DNA from: an uncultured archaeon
Lineage (GTDB): Archaea > Thermoplasmatota > Penumbrarchaeia > JASLWR01
Direction of reading: 5' to 3'
Length of the DNA: 64,000 nucleotides
Assembly (NCBI GenBank): GCA_964430885.1
Contig: CAYSHM010000002.1
Location: 141,009-205,008, forward strand
Shown here piece by piece: positions 53,880 to 62,822 of this stretch. Within the stretch, counting starts at the first letter, position 1; every line of letters starts with the position of its first letter. The notes beneath the pieces were generated by a model that was not told the DNA's origin, did not search any database, and worked only from the letters and a program-made list of their open reading frames with translations. Made by a program: the position numbers and the translations under genes.

Positions 53880-56777
53880 ATGATTAGGAAATTTGATATA
53901 AAAACAAAATCAGTATCAGGGCACAGAACCAAATGTATGAATCAATTGATGGTTCTAATGGTATTAACGCTATTGTTCGTCTCCTATTGGCCTTCTACTG
54001 GAGGTATGGATAGTATTTGGGAACCCAATAGGACCGGCAGTTTTCGATTATTGATCAGTGAGGTGGGACCTTACGGTAACGATGCTGTTGAAGAGGATTG
54101 GGTCGAACTGATGGTTGTTGAAGGCAGCGGTGATATTTCCGATTACGTCTTGACCACATATGATTCCCAGAACAGGGATGAGGCCTTTTCTACTTCAGCT
54201 GTGACCGTAAATGAAGGAGATTTTATTTTGGTACATTACAACGCTACTGTTGATGATGAAACAGACGCTGCAGGTGATGTTAATTCCAACGGTTATATTG
54301 ATATTTATATCAATTCATCCGACCTTTCAGGTACAAATGAACAGGTGGCACTGTTCACAGCTTTGGATTATTCGGATATTTGCGATGCAGTTTGCTGGTC
54401 AAAGGATGATCCTAGTTCTTCAGAAGTTGATGATTCCCAGGAGATCGTGAACCTTGGTGAGTGGCCGTCTACATCAGTTGAGGACATGGTGCCATCCGCA
54501 GATCTTGAGAAAGGAATCAGTATAGCTAGAAGGTTCAACAGGAATGATGATAATACAAGGGACTGCTGGTATATGGAACCTGAGCCTTCACCAGGTGCCC
54601 CTAACCGCTTATTGGACTTCAACGGGACCGCGCTTATTAAAAGTGTTCACCTCTCATCGAACCCTAAATATGTTTGCTTTGAAGTAACCCAGGGCAGTGG
54701 GAACGTGTCCTCATTAATGATATCCGATTTGGATGGTGTCAGTGACTTTTTCAGCCTTCAGGAAATAACCGGAGATCAAGGGGACATGGTTAATATCATT
54801 TACAGCCAAGGGGTATCGGAAACCGATGATATCGGAGATATGAATAATAATGGAATGATAGACATTTATTATGATGAAAAATTGCCCACTTCCACAATGG
54901 ATTCCATAGTTTTGGTCCACGGTTGGAATGTGCTGGACGCTCTAGCATGGCACTCAGGAACAATTAGTTCTTCCGAACAGAAGGACCTTGATAGACTGAT
55001 ATCTATTGGTGAATGGGACGGTAATGCCACCTCACACTGCATCAATGTATCCGATCTGGATGATGAGCAGGAGATAAGAAGGAAATCAGATATAGCTGAC
55101 ACAAACTCTGTATCTGATTGGGAGATAGCAGCGGTATCCGGAGGGTTTGAGATTCAGGAATTCACCCTTGAGACCTTCGGTGTCGATTCCGTAACATGCG
55201 GTATTTCTCCAGATACCAGTTTTCAACAGCTCTCCTCAATAATTGATTCTGCCCAAACCTCAATATGTGTGGAGGTTTACATATTTGATAATTATGACCT
55301 TGCGGCAAAAATACTCGCCGCTCAAGAGCGGGGAGTGGAAGTAAAGATACTTCTGGAAGGCGGTCCGGCTCACGGTGTCCCCGATATGGAGAAATACATT
55401 ATGTCCCTGATACATGAAAAGGGAGGGGATGTCAGATACATAATAAATGACCCGGATAAAGGAATAAACGAGAGGTATCCGAATATCCACTGCAAATTCG
55501 TTGTGGTGGATCATAGATATACCTTTATCACTTCAGAGAATTTCAGACTGGAAGGAATACCTAGGTTCGGTTCATGGGGCAACAGAGGATGGTCAGTCAC
55601 AGTTGATTCCGCAGATTGTGCTGATTATTTTGAACAGGTATTTCTATATGATTTTTCCAGCAACAGTCCGGATATTAAACCGTATGAAAAAACACATCAT
55701 CAATATGGTGAACCTTCCAAGGAATTCGATCCATCGGATAACAGCTACAAATCCAAGGAAGGCGATCATCCGATTGTCTTCAATCAACAGATAGTTAAGG
55801 GGAATATATCTGTTACTCCCGTACTCTGTCCTGACCATACATCGGAGTTGGAGGCAGTGGTGCCATTGCTGCAAAGTGCCCAAGAATACATTTATGTTCA
55901 GCAGCACAGTGTAAGCGAGAGCTGGCATGATGGTAAAAAGTATATCGATAATCTATATCTGGAAGAATTATATGCTGCAGCCCGCAGAGGTGTTAAGGTT
56001 AGGATTCAATTTGACGAGACCTTCAAATTCAGCAGCGATCATTCAGATATTATCAATCAGACGAACGAGATAGCAGGAGATGAAGATTTGGATATGGCTG
56101 CGATATTCACCTCCAATGAAGCCCTTGGGATCGAGAAAGTACATAACAAAGGTATTATTGTTGACGGAAGCAAGGTGCTGATATCATCAATAAACTGGGC
56201 TACCAATTCAATATACCAAAACAGGGAAGTTGGGATTATAATTGAAAATCTGGAGGTAGGGGATTATTACCGACAGGTGTTTGAATGGGATTGGAACAAT
56301 GCCGATACCGATATCACGGGTACAATAACCGGTATTATCGAGGATACGGAAGGGAGCCCAGTGGAAGGAGCCGAGGTCTATATTGAACTGGATGATGGAG
56401 AAAGGCTAAGATCGGTTACTATGGCAAACGGGTCCTTTTTACTTGAAGGCGTGCCTATTGGGGTTAACAGGATTCATGTGAATGTGTCAGGGTACCAATC
56501 AAATCAAGCTACAGTAGATGTAGCAATGGGTGAGATGGTAAATCAGAATTTTGAGTTGATAAAAAATATTAAAGAAGGTGAAGGGAAAGGAGCATCATTC
56601 TTGGCTATCGGAGTGGTCGTTTTATTGTTGATCCTGTTCATTATCATATTTTTTGCAGTTGTCATTGCTGCAAAAAAGAATAGGAAAGAGGATGATGAAA
56701 AGAAGATTGTCAGATTACATGGTTCAAAGGAACCTTTTGATGATCAAGTGGAAACAGAAAAGGAAAATAGATCTTAA
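53880..56777 (+). CDS. Surface phospholipase D-superfamily enzyme with lamin-tail domains and carboxypeptidase-regulatory-like domain
   Basis: Two HKD motifs (IHCKFVVVD, VHNKGIIVD), LTD (LLISEV...DWVEL...PSPGAPN), GSPVEGAEV domain, signal peptide and C-terminal TM. Confidence 0.88.
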   Translation: MIRKFDIKTKSVSGHRTKCMNQLMVLMVLTLLFVSYWPSTGGMDSIWEPNRTGSFRLLISEVGPYGNDAVEEDWVELMVVEGSGDISDYVLTTYDSQNRDEAFSTSAVTVNEGDFILVHYNATVDDETDAAGDVNSNGYIDIYINSSDLSGTNEQVALFTALDYSDICDAVCWSKDDPSSSEVDDSQEIVNLGEWPSTSVEDMVPSADLEKGISIARRFNRNDDNTRDCWYMEPEPSPGAPNRLLDFNGTALIKSVHLSSNPKYVCFEVTQGSGNVSSLMISDLDGVSDFFSLQEITGDQGDMVNIIYSQGVSETDDIGDMNNNGMIDIYYDEKLPTSTMDSIVLVHGWNVLDALAWHSGTISSSEQKDLDRLISIGEWDGNATSHCINVSDLDDEQEIRRKSDIADTNSVSDWEIAAVSGGFEIQEFTLETFGVDSVTCGISPDTSFQQLSSIIDSAQTSICVEVYIFDNYDLAAKILAAQERGVEVKILLEGGPAHGVPDMEKYIMSLIHEKGGDVRYIINDPDKGINERYPNIHCKFVVVDHRYTFITSENFRLEGIPRFGSWGNRGWSVTVDSADCADYFEQVFLYDFSSNSPDIKPYEKTHHQYGEPSKEFDPSDNSYKSKEGDHPIVFNQQIVKGNISVTPVLCPDHTSELEAVVPLLQSAQEYIYVQQHSVSESWHDGKKYIDNLYLEELYAAARRGVKVRIQFDETFKFSSDHSDIINQTNEIAGDEDLDMAAIFTSNEALGIEKVHNKGIIVDGSKVLISSINWATNSIYQNREVGIIIENLEVGDYYRQVFEWDWNNADTDITGTITGIIEDTEGSPVEGAEVYIELDDGERLRSVTMANGSFLLEGVPIGVNRIHVNVSGYQSNQATVDVAMGEMVNQNFELIKNIKEGEGKGASFLAIGVVVLLLILFIIIFFAVVIAAKKNRKEDDEKKIVRLHGSKEPFDDQVETEKENRS

Positions 56778-56837
56778 TCATTTAACGATATAAAAGCAAG
56801 ATGATTTATTCTGCATCAACAGCAATTTGGGTCTTGG

Positions 56838-57056
56838 TTATGGGGATATGTATATCACATTGTCTCCTCTTACTATCACTAAACTGATATTGATGGGTTC
56901 CTCTTCATCTACAATTTCCTGAGCGTTCTTCAGAACTAGATTCATATGTGGATCATATCCATCAAGAATACCTCGGTATTCCCTATTTCCCCGGAGTTCC
57001 ACAATAACTCGGTTTCCAATGTTCTTTTTCAAAGCATCAAGTGGTCTCAAGGCCAT
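56838..57056 (-). CDS. Sm-like archaeal protein (SmAP/Lsm)
   Basis: RPLDAL...GILDGYDPHMNLVL...IVRGDNVIYISP (Sm1/Sm2 motifs). Confidence 0.96.
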   Translation of the reverse strand: MALRPLDALKKNIGNRVIVELRGNREYRGILDGYDPHMNLVLKNAQEIVDEEEPINISLVIVRGDNVIYISP

Positions 57057-57239
57057 GTTGTTCTCCTCTTCTTCAGTATTGTTTTATTTCAAATTATAAT
57101 TGTACCCTGGAGTCCTTTAATTAATTATACACTTAAGTATCCAAATATGAGTGAACGCAACATTCACACTCGGAACTGAGAATCAGTATTATTGGTAAAA
57201 AGAAAGAAATTGGGTATTTTCAGATCAAGACTGTAGTTA

Positions 57240-58382
57240 TCATCTGATGAAATCAATACCCATATCGCCAGAGCTGAAGTCATCCCTTTCTCTGTCCTTT
57301 CTAATATCCTTGAGCTTAACGCCTTTAAGAACTATCATTACTCTGATAGAGTTCTCAAATCTCTCGTCTATATAAGCTCCCCAAATGATCTCTGCGTTGA
57401 GTTCAACTCTGTCCTGGATCTCCTGGGCTACTTTCTGTGCTTCCTTGACGGTCATATCCCTGCCGCCAAATACACATACTAGAGCACCTGAAACATCACT
57501 GATGTCCACATCTAATAGAGGAGATTCCAGAGCATCAGATACCGCTTCTCTTGCTTTATTGGGTGAGTCTCTTGCTTCGCCCATACCGATAACTGCAGTT
57601 CCGCTCTTCTTCATCACTGTTTTCAGGTCGTTGAAATCAAGGTTCACAAGACCAACATTATTTACCATGTCAGTAATGCCTTTTATGGAGTTCATAAGGA
57701 CTTCGTCTGCTACCCTGAAAGCCTGGTTGAGCGGCAGTCTTGGTACAAGTTTCAGCAGTTTGGAGTTCTCGACGATAATAACTGTATCCGTTTCCTCTTC
57801 GAGTTTTCTAACACCCCATTTGGCATTTTCCATTCTGACAATACCCTCCCCGGGGAAAGGTGTCGTCACAATAGCCAAGGTAAGAGCTCCCAGTTCTTTA
57901 GCTATTCTGGCCACAACCGGTGCCGAACCGGTTCCAGTGCCGCCTCCCATGCCCGCCGTAATGAATACCATATCAGCATTCATCAGCGACCGTCTGATCT
58001 CTTCTTCGTTCTCCTTGGCTGCATATTCACCCATGGTGGGTTTTGATCCTGCACCCAGTCCTTGTGTTCTGTGCTGTCCTATAAGCAGTTTAACCGGAGC
58101 GGTTACTGTCAGGAGATGCTGTGCATCTGTATTGATGGCATACATCTTAGCACCGCGTATACCTTCCTCAACACAGCGGGTAATTGTGTTGCATCCTGCT
58201 CCGCCACAGCCCACGATTTTGATCTTTGGGATGTTTCTTTGAATAGCATCCTGTAATTCTCTATCCTGTTGAGACATTTCTTCTTCCGCTTCTTCTGATG
58301 GGATCGAAAAATCTATCTTTTTTGATTGTTTTTTGGATGGTTTATCCACTACTTTTAAAAGTTCCTTAGCCAAAGAAGTCAT
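57240..58382 (-). CDS. ftsZ: Cell division protein FtsZ
   Basis: GCGGAGCN, INTDAQHL, GMGGGTGTG and LVNLDFND. SD AGGAGG. Confidence 0.98.
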   Translation of the reverse strand: MTSLAKELLKVVDKPSKKQSKKIDFSIPSEEAEEEMSQQDRELQDAIQRNIPKIKIVGCGGAGCNTITRCVEEGIRGAKMYAINTDAQHLLTVTAPVKLLIGQHRTQGLGAGSKPTMGEYAAKENEEEIRRSLMNADMVFITAGMGGGTGTGSAPVVARIAKELGALTLAIVTTPFPGEGIVRMENAKWGVRKLEEETDTVIIVENSKLLKLVPRLPLNQAFRVADEVLMNSIKGITDMVNNVGLVNLDFNDLKTVMKKSGTAVIGMGEARDSPNKAREAVSDALESPLLDVDISDVSGALVCVFGGRDMTVKEAQKVAQEIQDRVELNAEIIWGAYIDERFENSIRVMIVLKGVKLKDIRKDRERDDFSSGDMGIDFIR

Positions 58383-58663
58383 TTAATTTCCCTCCTAATC
58401 ATATTGGCATATCTCATTCTATTATTGAGACAATATTATCCTCTCACAATAAATACCATCATAGTCTAATACCGTTTCCTGACGGTGTTTATATATGCCT
58501 TCTATAATCCAGCCCATTAATAGTTATTGTTTAAATAGTTTTCTTATAAATAAATATGTTACTCTAATATTATATTGGCTAGGGGGCTTCTAAGCAATAT
58601 AAGCGGATAATTTTTACCTCCTGCCAGTTCATTTTTTTTATCAATCGATAAATTCGATTTAAA

Positions 58664-58682
58664 TGGAAAAATATTTAAGTAA
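58664..58682 (+). promoter_or_regulatory. BRE/TATA promoter of the rpl3 operon
   Basis: GGAAAAATATTTAAGTAA about 320 nt upstream of rpl3. Confidence 0.5.
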
Positions 58683-58699
58683 AGCCGGTCTTTCCCCCA

Positions 58700-58999
58700 A
58701 GAGGTCGTATTTACAGATGTATAAAATCAGATAAATATGACTGATGTAGATGATACATTGAAAGGGATTTCGATCCTTTGAGGTACTCGCCATACGTGAT
58801 AGGAAAAACATAAGAACTTCCATTGGAGCACCGATCGGTAATGATTCTGGGTGTTCCCAACGTTAAGGCTTGGACGTGATGAAGGAGGATTGGGATATCT
58901 GATCCAAGTGATCCGCTAATAGAATCACTGTTCATAGGATACAGTGGATAATAGAATTGGCGGAAAAAGGAAAAAGCAGTTTGAACAGGGAGGAATCGA
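58700..58999 (+). ncRNA. Structured 5' leader RNA of the rpl3 operon with a C/D K-turn
   Basis: Five consecutive hairpins, including UUCG- and GUAA-capped stems and a GUGAUGA/CUGA K-turn closed by GCUUGGA/UCCAAGU. Confidence 0.65.
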
Positions 59000-59998
59000 A
59001 TGTCAAAAGCACATCATCCAAGGCGTGGTTCGCATAGTTTCTGGCATCGGAAGAGGGCTAAGAAAGCAATATCCAGAGTAAGGAATTGGCCTTCTTCTAC
59101 TTCAAGCGCACCTAAGATACAGGGATTCGGGGGCTACAAGGTAGGAATGACCCACGGGTTTATTATCGATTACAGGAAGAAGAGTACTACCGCGGGGCAG
59201 GAAGTAACAGTCCCGATCACAATCGTAGAGGTACCACCTTTAAGGGTTTGCGGGATACGCGTATATCACAATACTGAATGGGGTTTGAAGACACTGTCCG
59301 AAATTTGGAGCGATAATCTAGATAAATTTGTTAATAGAAAGATATCCGTACCAAAGGAGAAGAAGGAAGATAGTCTAGACGCTCTTCTGAAGATGGATGT
59401 CGATGATGTCAGATTGCTAGTTCATTCCAATCCCTCTAAGGTGAAATCCATTCCCAAAAAGAAACCGGAGTTGATGGAACTCAGAGTTGACGGGGGCACT
59501 ATCGAAGATAGATTGAACTATGCCAAGGAATTGCTTGGTAAGAATTTGGATGTTACGCAGTTCATAGGGGAGGGTCAGATGGTAGATGTACTAGCTGTGA
59601 CAAAGGGCAAAGGATTCCAAGGTCATGTGAAGAGGTTTGGGGTTAAGCTTTTAACTCATAAGAACAGCAAACACAGAAGAATGATCGGTAATTTGGGTCC
59701 CTGGCATCCCAGTTTTGTTCTATCAACTGTTCCTCAGGCGGGTCAAACAGGTTATCATCAGAGAACTGAATATAACAAGAGGATACTGAAAATTGGTGAT
59801 AATCCTGACGACATCAATCCTCAAGGCGGTTTCAAACATTATGGGGAAATAAGCAACAAGTATGTCTTAATCCACGGGTCAATACCTGGACCAAACAAAC
59901 GGTTCATCAGGTTCAGGGATCCTCTGAGGTTCAAGGGCGGCAAGATCGATAATATTGAATTCAGTCACATATCTACACAATCAAAACAGGGTGCCTAG
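59000..59998 (+). CDS. rpl3: 50S ribosomal protein L3
   Basis: HHPRRGS, GYKVGMTH, VTKGKGFQG, GQTGYHQRTEYNKRI. Confidence 0.98.
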   Translation: MSKAHHPRRGSHSFWHRKRAKKAISRVRNWPSSTSSAPKIQGFGGYKVGMTHGFIIDYRKKSTTAGQEVTVPITIVEVPPLRVCGIRVYHNTEWGLKTLSEIWSDNLDKFVNRKISVPKEKKEDSLDALLKMDVDDVRLLVHSNPSKVKSIPKKKPELMELRVDGGTIEDRLNYAKELLGKNLDVTQFIGEGQMVDVLAVTKGKGFQGHVKRFGVKLLTHKNSKHRRMIGNLGPWHPSFVLSTVPQAGQTGYHQRTEYNKRILKIGDNPDDINPQGGFKHYGEISNKYVLIHGSIPGPNKRFIRFRDPLRFKGGKIDNIEFSHISTQSKQGA

Positions 59999-60019
59999 AA
60001 AAAGGGGAGGTGAAAAGAA

Positions 60020-60856
60020 ATGGCAAGAAAGACAACTGATAAAAAACCAATAAAAGCAAGCGCTAGTAAACAGACCTTTAAAAAGGGCAGGAAAAAGGCA
60101 TCATTGTTATCATTGAAAGGAGAGAGTATGAAGAATATCTCCCTTCCAGCTGCATTTGACGAAGAATTTCGGCCGGATATAATCAAACAGGCTGTTACCG
60201 CCCATAGGGCTAATCGGAGACAGCCTTACGGCCCCAATAAAATGTCTGGAATGCATCATGCGGTTTCAACATGGGGTAAAGGCCGCGGTGTGGCAAGGGT
60301 CCAGAGATTATCCCAGGGGAGGATGGCTGCGGAATCGCCGAACAATGTGGGAGGTAGAAGAGCTCATCCCCCTAAACCTGAGAAGAACTGGGGTAAGAAG
60401 ATCAATAAGAAGCAGAGGAAGAAAGCTCTCTTATCTGCTCTGTCCGCCACAACTAATATTGATCTTGTAAGAGCTAGAGGCCACATGGTCAGCCAGGATG
60501 CAAAGATACCAATAGTCTTCACCAATCAGATAGAAAAGGTGATCAAGACCAAGGCACTTACTGACGTGCTTCAGGCGGTTGGGGTTTGGGATGATGTGAT
60601 CAGATCCAAAGATGGCAAGCATATTAGGCCAGGCAGGGGGAAGATGAGGGGTAGAAAATACAAGACCCCCTGTTCCCTCTTGATTGTTGTAGGCAATGAT
60701 TCGGGTATAGCTCTTATTAAAGCGGCCAGGAACCTTTCCGGTGTGACGGTGTGCACTGTTGAAAATCTAAATACAGAGGTGTTGGCACCCGGCGGGGATG
60801 CCGGTCGATTGACAATATTTACCCAGAATGCCATTCAAAAAATCGGGGGTTGGTAA
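60020..60856 (+). CDS. rpl4: 50S ribosomal protein L4
   Basis: RPDII, WGKGRGVARV, GGRRAHPPK, RPGRGKMRGR, LAPGG..GRLT. Confidence 0.98.
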   Translation: MARKTTDKKPIKASASKQTFKKGRKKASLLSLKGESMKNISLPAAFDEEFRPDIIKQAVTAHRANRRQPYGPNKMSGMHHAVSTWGKGRGVARVQRLSQGRMAAESPNNVGGRRAHPPKPEKNWGKKINKKQRKKALLSALSATTNIDLVRARGHMVSQDAKIPIVFTNQIEKVIKTKALTDVLQAVGVWDDVIRSKDGKHIRPGRGKMRGRKYKTPCSLLIVVGNDSGIALIKAARNLSGVTVCTVENLNTEVLAPGGDAGRLTIFTQNAIQKIGGW

Positions 60857-61123
60857 ATGAGCAAACATTCACCATACAAGATATTGAAATATCCGCATGT
60901 AACGGAAAAGGCCATGGATCACATGGATAAAGGTAACAAATTGGAGTTTCTCGTGGACAAGAATGCTACAAAAGAGCAGATCAAAAGGGCCTTTGAAGAA
61001 GCCTTCGAAGTGGAGGTTGTCCAGGTGAACACCCATAACAGAAAGGATGGTAAACATGCCATTATCAAACTATCTAGCAAGTTTTCTGCTGAGGATATTG
61101 GTACTCGAATAGGAATATTCTAA
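60857..61123 (+). CDS. rpl23: 50S ribosomal protein L23
   Basis: YPHVTEKA, LEFLVD..ATKEQIK, AEDIGTRIGIF. Confidence 0.97.
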   Translation: MSKHSPYKILKYPHVTEKAMDHMDKGNKLEFLVDKNATKEQIKRAFEEAFEVEVVQVNTHNRKDGKHAIIKLSSKFSAEDIGTRIGIF

Positions 61124-61142
61124 TTGAAATGAGGTGAAATGC

Positions 61143-61850
61143 ATGGGGAAGAGAATCAGGGCCCAGAGAAGGGGGGTAAGTCCCGCATACCGATCTCCGG
61201 AAAGACGATCAGAGAAACACGTGACACTGCCTAAAATGGAAAGGGGTGTTGGAATAGTTGAGGACATTGAGCATGAATGTGCCAGGTCGGCTCCAGTAGC
61301 GAGGGTCAGGTTTGAAAATGGACAGTCCCTTCCAATGCTGGCACCGGAAGGAATCTGTGTAGGTCAAGAGATTCGGGTCGGCAAGGACGCACCGTTAAGA
61401 ATAGGAAATATACTTCCTTTGTCCAAGATCCCGTCAGGATTGCCCGTATTCAATATTGAGCAGAATCCCAGGGATGGCGGTAAGTTTGTCAAGGCGGCGG
61501 GAAGTGCAGCTGTTGTAGTCAGTCAGGGCAGCAAGGTAGTAGTTCAGCTGCCGTCAGGAAAATTCAAATCATTTATGCCGGAGTGCAGGGCAATTCTAGG
61601 TGTGGCTGCCAGTGGCGGCCGTAGAGAGAGGCCAGTTATGAAAGCAGGTAAGAAATATTATTATTTGCAGTCAAAATCCAAATGTTGGCCCCGGGTTAAA
61701 GGTGTTGCTATGAATGCAGTGGACCATCCTCATGGTGGAGGTGGGCACAGGCACGTTGGCAAATCCACCAATGTTTCCAAGCATACTCATCCGGGAAGAA
61801 AGGTTGGAATGATAGCTCCAAAGAAAAAAGGACGAAGAAATAAAAAATAA
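61143..61850 (+). CDS. rpl2: 50S ribosomal protein L2
   Basis: MGKRIRAQRRG, WPRVKGVAMNAVDHPHGGG. SD GAGGTGA. Confidence 0.98.
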   Translation: MGKRIRAQRRGVSPAYRSPERRSEKHVTLPKMERGVGIVEDIEHECARSAPVARVRFENGQSLPMLAPEGICVGQEIRVGKDAPLRIGNILPLSKIPSGLPVFNIEQNPRDGGKFVKAAGSAAVVVSQGSKVVVQLPSGKFKSFMPECRAILGVAASGGRRERPVMKAGKKYYYLQSKSKCWPRVKGVAMNAVDHPHGGGGHRHVGKSTNVSKHTHPGRKVGMIAPKKKGRRNKK

Positions 61851-61869
61851 GTTCAGAAAGGTGATTTAA

Positions 61870-62343
61870 TTGGGTAAGAGGAAGAAAAAAGGATTCACCT
61901 CGCCACGGGCTGCCCGTAGGAAGACGAGAAAGAGGAAGAAGCAGATTGCGGTGAGGGATAAGAAGAAGTTCCTGTATAAAGGTTATGACGTTGAAGAACT
62001 GCAGGAATTGTCCATGGAGGAGTTATTGGATTTGTTCCCATCCAGGTTAAGGAGAACCTTCGAAAGAGGCTACAATGAGGAAAATAAAAAGTTGCATGAT
62101 AAGGTATTGAAATCTGATGGCAAGAAACCGATAAGAACCCATGTGAGGGATCATATTGTTCTGCCGAAATATGTTGGGAAGTTCATGAGTATCTACAACG
62201 GAAAGGAGTTTGTTGAGGTGGAAATCAAACCTGAGATGATTGGTCATTATCTGGGTGAATTGGCCCCAACAAGAAAATCAGTTAGGCATACTGGTCCGGG
62301 TGTAGGTGCTACAAGGTCTTCCAAGTTCATGCCTAAGAAATAG
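61870..62343 (+). CDS. rps19: 30S ribosomal protein S19
   Basis: [39 protein letters not shown] start after GGTGA. Confidence 0.98.
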   Translation: MGKRKKKGFTSPRAARRKTRKRKKQIAVRDKKKFLYKGYDVEELQELSMEELLDLFPSRLRRTFERGYNEENKKLHDKVLKSDGKKPIRTHVRDHIVLPKYVGKFMSIYNGKEFVEVEIKPEMIGHYLGELAPTRKSVRHTGPGVGATRSSKFMPKK

Positions 62344-62363
62344 ATAAAAAAGGTGGTAATAAA

Positions 62364-62822
62364 ATGTGTCCGTATTCCATTAATCCGGATCCCGATGTGA
62401 CGGCAAAAGCCTACGGCAAGGAAGTAGATGTCTCTCCCAAGCATGCTGTTGAAGTATGCAGGTTCTTGAGAGGCAAGGATGTTCCCAGAGCTGAGGAAAT
62501 CCTGAACAAGGTGATTGAGAAAAAAATGGCTGTGCCTTTCAAGAGATATAAACACTCAGTATCTCATAGAAAAGGCAAGGTTGGTCCCGGGAAATATCCG
62601 GTAAAAACCGCCAAAATGATACTTGAGCTGCTGAAAGATGTCAAGGCCAATGCCGAGGTGAAAGGTATCGATCCAGATAATACATACATACTTCATCTGT
62701 CGGCTTATAGGGGAAGAGTTACCCAGAGCTGGTTTTATCGTGCCAGGGGCCGTTCGACACCTAAGAGGCGGATATCCGTTAACATTGAGATCATAATCAA
62801 AGAGAAAGAGGAAGATCTATGA
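62364..62822 (+). CDS. rpl22: 50S ribosomal protein L22
   Basis: SPKHAVEVC, VPFKRY, GKYPVK, RARGR. Confidence 0.98.
   Translation: MCPYSINPDPDVTAKAYGKEVDVSPKHAVEVCRFLRGKDVPRAEEILNKVIEKKMAVPFKRYKHSVSHRKGKVGPGKYPVKTAKMILELLKDVKANAEVKGIDPDNTYILHLSAYRGRVTQSWFYRARGRSTPKRRISVNIEIIIKEKEEDL

Noticed and set aside
57385-58242. 285-aa plus-strand ORF
   Set aside because: Antisense shadow of ftsZ with Ser/Pro/Thr-rich composition.
58700-58999. SRP RNA or RNase P RNA as the identity of the structured region
   Set aside because: It lacks the SRP helix-8 motif and the RNase P GAGGAAAGUCC/P4 signatures.
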